From: Pyrinomonadaceae bacterium | Lineage (GTDB): Bacteria; Acidobacteriota; Blastocatellia; Pyrinomonadales; Pyrinomonadaceae | DNA: 64,000 bases | NCBI GenBank assembly: GCA_035995185.1 | Contig: DASYKT010000009.1 | Location: 28,174-92,173, forward strand | Direction: 5' to 3' | Shown here: positions 53,215 through 60,803 of the stretch, piece by piece | Layout: each line of letters starts with the position of its first letter | Numbering within the stretch: position 1 is the first letter of the stretch | Notes under the pieces: generated by a model | Databases searched by the model: none | Seen by the model: only the letters and a program-made list of their open reading frames with translations | What the model was told of the DNA's origin: nothing | Position numbers and translations under genes: made by a program

Positions 53215-54124
53215 AAATCATATGCGCCGCAGTAGCGCCCATTCCGGCGGCGGTGCTGACGGTCATCGAATCCGGGCTGGCAATATCCCCTACCGCATAA
53301 ACATTTTCCACTGACGTTTCGCAGCGCTCATTGACCTTAATAAAACCTTTTTCGTCGAGCTCCACCTGGCTGCGGAAAAGCTCGGAATTCGGCTCGACGC
53401 CGATCCTGATCAGCAGCGCCTGCACCGGCAGCGCTGAACCGTCACCGCTAACAATATCGCGAACGATCACGCTTTCGACATTTTCTCCGCCTTCTATCTT
53501 TGTAACAATAGAATTGACGAGAATCTTGATTTTGGAATCTGCCTCGACTTTGTCTCTAAACTCTTTGCGGGCGCGAAACACCGTGCTGTGATGCACGATG
53601 GTCACCGACCGCGCGGCTTCCGCTAATATCAACGCATTCTCAAACGCCGCATCGCCGCCGCCCACGATCACCAGATCTTTATTTCGCGCCAACTCTTTAT
53701 CGCGCGCGCCCGAAACCAGAATGCCTTTTCCCGCAAATTCTTCTTCTCCGGCAACACCTAATTTTCTTCGCCTGACACCGGTGGCAATTATCAGCGCACC
53801 GGCCTGCAGTTTTTCTCCCCCGGCCAGTTCGATCACGCCATCTTCGAGGCTTACCCTGCGAACTTCCGCATTTATTCTGACCTCAAGCCGCGCGCTTTCG
53901 GGTATTTGTATCAGCTTGTCCCGCAGCTCGAAACCGTTTTGCGCTTTTACCCCGGGATAATTTTCTATCGGGTTATAGATCCGAAGAAGCTGCCCGCCTA
54001 ATTCGCCGTGCTGCTCCAAAACAAGCGCCGAAAGTCCCAACTCGGCACACCATCTCCCCGCCGAAACCCCGGCCACACCGCCGCCGATAATGATCACGTC
54101 TTTATCCATAAGAGCTGACTGCAT
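53195..54124 (-). CDS. thioredoxin-reductase-like FAD/NAD(P) oxidoreductase lacking the CxxC redox centre
   Basis: VIIIGGGVAGVSAG (FAD), LVIVGGGDAAFENA (NADPH) and YAVGDIA. The position of the TrxB CATC motif reads GILVSGARDKE. Confidence 0.75.
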   Translation of the reverse strand: MQSALMDKDVIIIGGGVAGVSAGRWCAELGLSALVLEQHGELGGQLLRIYNPIENYPGVKAQNGFELRDKLIQIPESARLEVRINAEVRRVSLEDGVIELAGGEKLQAGALIIATGVRRRKLGVAGEEEFAGKGILVSGARDKELARNKDLVIVGGGDAAFENALILAEAARSVTIVHHSTVFRARKEFRDKVEADSKIKILVNSIVTKIEGGENVESVIVRDIVSGDGSALPVQALLIRIGVEPNSELFRSQVELDEKGFIKVNERCETSVENVYAVGDIASPDSMTVSTAAGMGATAAHMICRNREP

Positions 54125-54266
54125 TTATTCTGTCACGATACTCTTCTTTGGTCTAATACTTGCAAATATTAACGGCGGGTTAAATCCCCTGAACCTGTAC
54201 TTCTTAGCTTAGTGCTTGATTTTACAGCATTTACCAAGCTATTGGAGGTGCCAAGTGTGTGGTAAT

Positions 54267-54281
54267 TGACAATTATTGTCA
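54267..54281. promoter_or_regulatory. perfect 7-1-7 palindrome TGACAATTATTGTCA upstream of the chemosensory operon (candidate operator)
   Basis: Read directly. It lies 128 nt upstream of the preferred start at 54409. Confidence 0.25.
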
Positions 54282-54408
54282 GTGTTTCGATTACGCTTTT
54301 TGTCAGTCCGGGCATTTCTTCTTAAAACCCCTTCTAGCGTCCCGACGGCAAAAACGGCGAAAGGTAATTGAAGAACAATCCTATTTTAGAACGATCGGCG
54401 AAAAAAAT

Positions 54409-56934
54409 ATGAACTCCGAACTCCAAACTCTGGTTTCCCTCGATACGCTCACGAATATCCCCGACGAAGCCGCCCAGGAGATAATTTCTCTCTTGCGCAC
54501 CGGTATCGAAGCCGCCAAAAACGGCAGCCGCGACGAAGCTAAAGCCCTACTTTTCCGCGTCACAGACATCGACCCTGACAATGAGATGGCGTGGCTCTGG
54601 CTTGCTTCCGTCAGCGAATACCCCGAAGAACTTCTGACCTTCCTGCAAAAAGTTTTAAATATCAACCCGGCGAATGAGCAGGCGCTGGAATGGGAAAAAT
54701 CGACCAAAGCTCTGCTGGCGCGCAACCTGGTGCAATACGGCATCACCGCCGTCCAGGAAAACAAAAAAGAATCCGCCAAGCGCTGCTTTCTGCGCGCGAT
54801 CGAAACCGACGAGAACAACGAGATGGCCTGGCTCTGGATGGCTTCGATCACCGAAGACCAGGATGAAAAATCCGCACATTTGGAAAAAGTTTTAGCGATC
54901 AACCCGGAAAACGAAGTAGCTAACACGCTGCTGAAAATACAGCGCAAGGACGAAGCCCAGGACCTGCTGCAAAAGAGCAAGGCTTCGGCCGTTCGCGGCA
55001 ACCGCCAGGAAGCGCTGGAAATGCTCGAACAGATCAAACAGCTCGATTCCGAGACGGACGAAGTCTGGATCCTGCAGGCGCACTTGTCCGAATCTTTCGA
55101 GGAAAAAGCTTTCTGTTTTAACCAGGCGCTGGCCTGCAATCCCGAAAATGAAGCGGCCCGTTTTGGCCTCGCTTCGCTGGAATCCATTCTTCAGGCCGTC
55201 AATGGTAACGGCAATAGCCATTCAAACGGCACCGCCAGCCTTCTCTCCCCCGAATTGGAAGAAGAGCTAAACGCCGTGCACGATACCGAAGATACCGTCA
55301 TTGACCAGTCTTTTAGCGCCGAAGAAACTGAAGAAAAAGTATTTGTCGAAGAGGAAATGTCAGCGCCCGAAGCTTTTTTCACCCCGCAAGAGGCTGAAGA
55401 AGTCGAAGAAACAGCCGTCGCCGAAGAGACCGTGGCGGACGAGCCTGAGAATGCTTTTCCCTCATTTTCCGCGCACATGAACGAACCGGAAGAGCTTACC
55501 GAAACCGAGCAGCATTCCTTTGACGCGACGACCGGCGATCTCGATCAGGACCTGATCGCAAGTGAACCCGCCGCTTCTGTTTTCGAAGACATCACGGCCG
55601 AAATGGAAGCTGAGACAGAAACCGCGACGGAAAATGAAACGGAAGATGAACCCGTGGCTTCGTATTTCACGGAGAGTGCGGCAGAAGAAGCCGACGAACC
55701 CGCAGCTTCGTATTTTGCGGAAAGTTCTGAGGAAGAGGCAGAAGAACCCGTAGCTTCGTATTTCGCGGAGAATGCGGCAGAAGAAGCAGCAGAGGAATTA
55801 GAGGAAGCTCAACCCGCCCCTTCATTTTTCACGGAAAGCTCAGAAGTGGAAGAGGAAGTTCAGGCCGCAGCTCCTTCATATTTTGAAGAAAGTCCGGAAG
55901 CCGAAGAAGCGCCGGAAAATATTGTTGAAGAATCGATGAATGCTCAGCCGGAAACCTTAGCGGTTGAGAAAGAAGAAACCGAACAGGAGATCACAGCCGA
56001 AACGTTTTATTTTGGCCAGGACGATATCGAAAACACGGTCGATTCCCTGATCGAAACAAAACAGGACAACGACGAAACACCTTTTGCGGAAACCGAGGGA
56101 TCAGCGACTCCGGAAGACTCTTCAGAAGTTGTCGAGGAGGTTAACGAAGAAATGCAATTATCTCATGCTACTGCCGATCAGGCGCCGTTTGCGCAAATGT
56201 CCGACTGTCCTTTCTGCGGCGTAGAAAACAATATCAACGATGAGGTCTGCACCGGATGCAACGCCGTGATGGGGCTTCATAATATGGATATGCTTTTATC
56301 GCACGTGGGCGTCGACAAGGAAAAACTTTCCCAGGCGGTCGAAAGTATGGAATCGAATCTCGAAGCCGATTCGTTCTCCGCCGAGGAATATTTTACCCTC
56401 GGGCTCGCCTGCCTTAATCTCAAAGACCTCGATAACGGTCTGAATTACCTACAGCGATCTTACATTCTCAACCCAACCCACTCGTTCCTGAAATCTCAGA
56501 TCGACGAATTGGCCAAGCGCGTCGGCAAGAACGAGGACGCCATTGTTGAAGGCATGGGAAGCGGTGTGGCCGGCAAGACCATCATGGTGGTTGACGACAG
56601 CGCTACCATCCGAAAACTGGTCAGCGCCAAGCTGGAAAAACACGGGCATAACGTGGTTGCCGCCGTGGACGGAATGGACGCCCTGGCCAAACTCGAAGAG
56701 ATCGTGCCTGATTTGATCCTGCTCGATATCACGATGCCGCGGCTGGATGGCTACCAGGTTTGCAAGCTCATCCGCGCCAACGAAAATACCCGTTTCGTTC
56801 CGATCGTGCTTATCTCCGGCAAGGATGGATTTTTCGACAAGGTGCGCGGCAAAATGTGCGGCTCCACCACGTATATCACCAAGCCCTTCGGCCCGGAAAT
56901 GCTGCTGAGGACCGTCGAAGAGTACTTCCAGTAA
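54409..56934 (+). CDS. multidomain response regulator: TPR repeats, acidic tandem-repeat linker, zinc ribbon, TPR, C-terminal receiver domain
   Basis: The start is moved to MNSELQ. The TPR-like motif EMAWLWLASV/EMAWLWMASI..NP.NE repeats. There is a CPFCG...CTGC zinc ribbon. The REC domain reads IMVVDDSATIRKLV...DLILLDITMPRLDGYQV...YITKPF. Confidence 0.75.
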   Translation: MNSELQTLVSLDTLTNIPDEAAQEIISLLRTGIEAAKNGSRDEAKALLFRVTDIDPDNEMAWLWLASVSEYPEELLTFLQKVLNINPANEQALEWEKSTKALLARNLVQYGITAVQENKKESAKRCFLRAIETDENNEMAWLWMASITEDQDEKSAHLEKVLAINPENEVANTLLKIQRKDEAQDLLQKSKASAVRGNRQEALEMLEQIKQLDSETDEVWILQAHLSESFEEKAFCFNQALACNPENEAARFGLASLESILQAVNGNGNSHSNGTASLLSPELEEELNAVHDTEDTVIDQSFSAEETEEKVFVEEEMSAPEAFFTPQEAEEVEETAVAEETVADEPENAFPSFSAHMNEPEELTETEQHSFDATTGDLDQDLIASEPAASVFEDITAEMEAETETATENETEDEPVASYFTESAAEEADEPAASYFAESSEEEAEEPVASYFAENAAEEAAEELEEAQPAPSFFTESSEVEEEVQAAAPSYFEESPEAEEAPENIVEESMNAQPETLAVEKEETEQEITAETFYFGQDDIENTVDSLIETKQDNDETPFAETEGSATPEDSSEVVEEVNEEMQLSHATADQAPFAQMSDCPFCGVENNINDEVCTGCNAVMGLHNMDMLLSHVGVDKEKLSQAVESMESNLEADSFSAEEYFTLGLACLNLKDLDNGLNYLQRSYILNPTHSFLKSQIDELAKRVGKNEDAIVEGMGSGVAGKTIMVVDDSATIRKLVSAKLEKHGHNVVAAVDGMDALAKLEEIVPDLILLDITMPRLDGYQVCKLIRANENTRFVPIVLISGKDGFFDKVRGKMCGSTTYITKPFGPEMLLRTVEEYFQ
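55648..55791 (+). repeat. three tandem 48-nt coding repeats (EPxASYFxExxxEEAx), with 2 degenerate copies up to about 55900
   Basis: The units at 55648, 55696 and 55744 start GAACCCGTGGCTTCGTATTTCACGGAG / GAACCCGCAGCTTCGTATTTTGCGGAA / GAACCCGTAGCTTCGTATTTCGCGGAG. Confidence 0.85.
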
Positions 56935-57071
56935 ACGGATGTTCCCGAGGGCAAGATCTTTGCCACTCGCAAGAATAGTCCGCCGCCCGAATCTCACAAA
57001 AAAATTATCAGCCGGTCGCGCCTCCATCACAAGGCGCCGCCGGCTACGCGCACTTAAGACTTTAAGCAAGA

Positions 57072-57650
57072 ATGATGGAAACTTCTTTTCTAGAGATCCC
57101 GGAAGAACAATTTTTTCTCCCTGCTGATTGGGAAGAGGACGGTGCGCTGGAATTATTCGATATCTCGTATCTCCGCGGTTTGACCGAAACCGCCAAGGCC
57201 CCCGCCAGCGGCGAGAAATATATAGTTTTCACTTCCGGTGAACAGGTTTTTGGCGTCTCGTTAAAAAATGTGACCGAGGTCTGCCGTTCGCTGCCGGTGA
57301 CGATCCTGCCCGGCGCTCCTGAATGGCTGGCCGGCGTAACCAACCTGCGCGGCGATCTGCTCGCCGTGATCGATCCCGATACCGCTGTGAAAGCCGAAGT
57401 CGGCGCCGCTAAAACCAAGATCATCGTTCTGACCGACGGGCAAAAACGGCTCATCGGCCTGCTGGCGGACCAGGTTAATGAGATCACTCTCTTGCCCGCG
57501 GGCAAGATCGATCCAACCTCATCCGGCGTGGCTGACGGGTTGGCGGCCTTCGCCTGCGGCAGTTCGACCTATCGAAACTCTTCCTTGACGGTGCTCGATA
57601 CCGGCAAGATATTTTCCTGGCCCGAGTTAAGCAAATTAAGCGAGCAATAA
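57072..57650 (+). CDS. CheW-like coupling protein (PilI/FrzA-like)
   Basis: FGVSLKNVTEVCRSLPVTILPGAPEWLAGVTNLRGDLLAVID. Confidence 0.85.
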   Translation: MMETSFLEIPEEQFFLPADWEEDGALELFDISYLRGLTETAKAPASGEKYIVFTSGEQVFGVSLKNVTEVCRSLPVTILPGAPEWLAGVTNLRGDLLAVIDPDTAVKAEVGAAKTKIIVLTDGQKRLIGLLADQVNEITLLPAGKIDPTSSGVADGLAAFACGSSTYRNSSLTVLDTGKIFSWPELSKLSEQ

Positions 57651-57658
57651 GAAGTACT

Positions 57659-59215
57659 ATGCCGGAATTCGATAAAAATAAATTGTTACCTTCGCTCAAG
57701 TCCCGCATCTGGGCAGCGTCGATCGCCATCGTCGTCCTCGTCTTTCTGGGAGCGATCTTTTCCGGTTATTTGCTGCTTGCGCTCCAGGCCCAGGATTCAT
57801 TTTGGGCGATCGTGCCCGTGACGCTTATCGCGCCCGCGGTGGTAATTATCGGCTGGTGGTTGAGCAACGAGGTCACCGAATCGATCGCTAAAGTGGCGAT
57901 CGCCGCGCAGATCCTCGAACGCGGAAGCTTTAACTCGCCCCTGCCCAGCACCGGCGCCAGGGAAACCGAAGAGATCCTGGAAAAATTGCAGCGTTATAAC
58001 CAGGGAATGCAGCGCATGTCCGCCGCGATGGAGCAGGTGGCCCGCGGCGAAATAAACGTATTGATGCGGCCCGGCTCTACCACCGATCGTTTTGGCTTGG
58101 CCTTTCAAAAACTTCTCGAGGAAACCTCGGCCGCGATAAAAATAAAGACCGATCTTGACGGCCTGCAGAATTCCCTGCGCGGCATCAATAACGAAATTGC
58201 CGGGGCCAAATACGGCGACCTCACGGTCGAAGCGCATTCCACCACGGAAGGGACCGAATCGGTTTCGTCCGTGATAAACCAGTTGGTAAAAAATCTCCGC
58301 GATACCGTCGCTCGCATCCGCAAAGGGACCGGTAAATCGGAAAACACCGCGCTAAATATTCAAAAGACGCTCGACTCCGTCTTTGAAACCAACACCCGCC
58401 TCTCCGAAGAATTAAGCGACGCTTCCGTGACCTTGAAGCAGATGCCCAAATCGGCGCAGCGCCTGTCGGAAAAACTCGTCGATTCCGGCACGCATATTTC
58501 GCGCTCTCTGACCCAGGCGGCCAAGAGCGTCAAGATAATTCAAACCAATCTGGCTTCGGTCAATCTTATCCGCGGGCAGATCGACGACGCTTCCCGCCGT
58601 TTTCAGCGCATGAGCGAATTTTCGCAGGAAGTAGGCAAGGTCGTTAAGATCGTGGAAGACCTCGCCCGGCGCACGAACCTGATCGCGCTTAATGCGTCGA
58701 TCCAGGCCAACGAAGCCGGCGATGCCGGGCACGGTTTTGGGTTGGTGGTAAAGGAGCTCGAACATTTGGCGGAAAAATCAGCCAGCGCGAACCGCCAGTT
58801 TTCCACCATGACCCGCGTCATTCAGAGCGAAGCTAAAGAGGCGCGCTCCGCTATCGATGAAACTTCCCGCGAAGCCGCTGCGATCTCGAAATTTGCCCTC
58901 GAAACATTAGAAGCCCTGCACGAGCTGCAGAAAAATATCAATCAACTGAGCGAGACGCATGAAAACCTGCTGGCGTCCGCCCAGAAACAAAGCCAGGATT
59001 CCACCGTCGTATCCAAAGCTTTTCTCGAAAACACCGCCGAAACGCAGAAGGCCATTCTGACTATGAAAAATGTCACCGCGGCGCTCGATAAAATAACCAA
59101 GGTATCACAGGAAATGGCTTCGGGAGTGGCGGCTTTCAAGATCCCGGAAAAAGAAACCAAGGTCCCGTATCTCGGAGGATCGCTTAAAAAGCTCGATTCC
59201 GAGCTTGTTAATTAA
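57659..59215 (+). CDS. methyl-accepting chemotaxis protein, two TM spans with a minimal outer loop, divergent signalling hairpin
   Basis: The TM hairpin is separated by about 6 residues. The MA domain reads TNLIALNASIQANEAGDAGHGFGLVVKELEHLAEKS. Confidence 0.8.
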   Translation: MPEFDKNKLLPSLKSRIWAASIAIVVLVFLGAIFSGYLLLALQAQDSFWAIVPVTLIAPAVVIIGWWLSNEVTESIAKVAIAAQILERGSFNSPLPSTGARETEEILEKLQRYNQGMQRMSAAMEQVARGEINVLMRPGSTTDRFGLAFQKLLEETSAAIKIKTDLDGLQNSLRGINNEIAGAKYGDLTVEAHSTTEGTESVSSVINQLVKNLRDTVARIRKGTGKSENTALNIQKTLDSVFETNTRLSEELSDASVTLKQMPKSAQRLSEKLVDSGTHISRSLTQAAKSVKIIQTNLASVNLIRGQIDDASRRFQRMSEFSQEVGKVVKIVEDLARRTNLIALNASIQANEAGDAGHGFGLVVKELEHLAEKSASANRQFSTMTRVIQSEAKEARSAIDETSREAAAISKFALETLEALHELQKNINQLSETHENLLASAQKQSQDSTVVSKAFLENTAETQKAILTMKNVTAALDKITKVSQEMASGVAAFKIPEKETKVPYLGGSLKKLDSELVN

Positions 59216-59247
59216 TAGTCGCAGTAAGCAGCAGTTAAGGAAATAAG

Positions 59248-60798
59248 ATGTCGATCAAAGACCGTAAAATAGAAACCAATCTCTCGTCGCTTTCGCTACT
59301 CTTGCTTTGCCTGGGTGGAATTGGTTTTTTTGTCTCGCAAGTCAGCACTTCCGCGGTCTCAGGATGGCTTGCTTTCGGCGGCTTTTTTCTCGTCTTCGGA
59401 ACGGCGCTGATCGCCGTGATGATCAACTTTCAAAATCGCTCACGCCAGCGAAGTATTGCGAACAAGATCAACGATATCGCTTCGGGAAATATTTCGGCCG
59501 GTGTCGATCTGGGTGCCGAGAACAATGACGAGTTAAACCAGGCGATACAAAATCTGCTCGATTATTTGAACGACAAAGCTTCGCTGATCGACAAGATCGC
59601 CGCCGGCGACCTGACCGCTAAAGTAGAAATGCGCTCGATGGACGATACCTTCGGCAATATTTTTCAGAATATGCTGGAAAAGCTTCAGCGCGTGGTACAA
59701 ACCGAAGACGAGCGAAACGGCCTGCGAAATTCGATCTCAAAACTTCTCAGTGAAGTATCGGAGATCGCCCAGGGCGACCTGACCGTCGAAGCCGAGGTCG
59801 GCAACGAAACCACCGGCGCCTTAGCCGATGCTTTTAATTTTATGACCTCGGAACTGCGCGCGCTGATCAAGCAGGTAAAAAACGTCACCTTCGAAGTGAC
59901 CCATTCCGCGCAGGACATCAGCAAAACCACCGGCGAGCTGGCCGAAGGCAGCGAAACACAAGCCGTTCAAATCGCGCAGACCTCGCAGGCGGTGGAAGAC
60001 ATGGCGCTCCAGATCCAGGAAGTTTCGATCAACGCCACGATGTCCGCCAAAGTGGCCGGCGAATCTCTCAACATGGCGCAGCACGGAACGCAGGCGGTGC
60101 AGGACAACATCGACGCGATGAACCGCATTCGCAACCAGGTGCAGGAAACCGCCAAGCGCATCAAAAAACTCGGCGAGCGTTCGCAGGAGATCAGCGAGAT
60201 CGTCCAGCTTTTGGATGAGCTGTCCGAACGCACCAGCCTGCTGGCATTAAACGCTTCATTGCAGGCCGCCGCCGCGGGCGAAGCCGGGCGCGGATTTGCC
60301 GCCGTGACCGAGGAAGTCGAACGCCTTGCCGAACGCTCTAACCGCGCCGCGCAAAAGATCGCCACGCTGGCCCAAAGCATCCAATACGAAACCAAGGACG
60401 TGGTTTCCTCGATGGAAGAAACGATCCACGAGGTCGTGGTCGGGTCCACCCTGGCCGATAAAGCCGGGCAAACCTTGACCGAGATCGAAAAGGTTTCCAA
60501 TCAGTTGGCCGACCTGATCAAACTCATCTCCGAATCAGCCCGCCACCAGGCCGCCGGTTCGGAATCTATTTCAAAAGCGATGGCCAGCATTTCGAAAGTG
60601 ACCGAATTGGTAAATTCCGGTTCGAAAAAAGCGGTCAATTCCTCCAAAAATCTCGTCACCTTGTCTGACCATCTGAGCAATTCAGTCGCCACTTTCAAAC
60701 TTCCCGAAGATAAAAAGGAAGCGCTCGATATTCCTCCCCCAGGAAAAAACATGGAAAAGAACGGCAGTTCATATTTAGGCCTTAACGGCTCATTTTAA
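59248..60798 (+). CDS. methyl-accepting chemotaxis protein, two TM spans with a minimal outer loop
   Basis: HAMP-like segments. The canonical hairpin reads TSLLALNASLQAAAAGEAGRGFAAVTEEVERLAERS. Confidence 0.85.
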   Translation: MSIKDRKIETNLSSLSLLLLCLGGIGFFVSQVSTSAVSGWLAFGGFFLVFGTALIAVMINFQNRSRQRSIANKINDIASGNISAGVDLGAENNDELNQAIQNLLDYLNDKASLIDKIAAGDLTAKVEMRSMDDTFGNIFQNMLEKLQRVVQTEDERNGLRNSISKLLSEVSEIAQGDLTVEAEVGNETTGALADAFNFMTSELRALIKQVKNVTFEVTHSAQDISKTTGELAEGSETQAVQIAQTSQAVEDMALQIQEVSINATMSAKVAGESLNMAQHGTQAVQDNIDAMNRIRNQVQETAKRIKKLGERSQEISEIVQLLDELSERTSLLALNASLQAAAAGEAGRGFAAVTEEVERLAERSNRAAQKIATLAQSIQYETKDVVSSMEETIHEVVVGSTLADKAGQTLTEIEKVSNQLADLIKLISESARHQAAGSESISKAMASISKVTELVNSGSKKAVNSSKNLVTLSDHLSNSVATFKLPEDKKEALDIPPPGKNMEKNGSSYLGLNGSF

Positions 60799-60803
60799 TA
60801 CCA

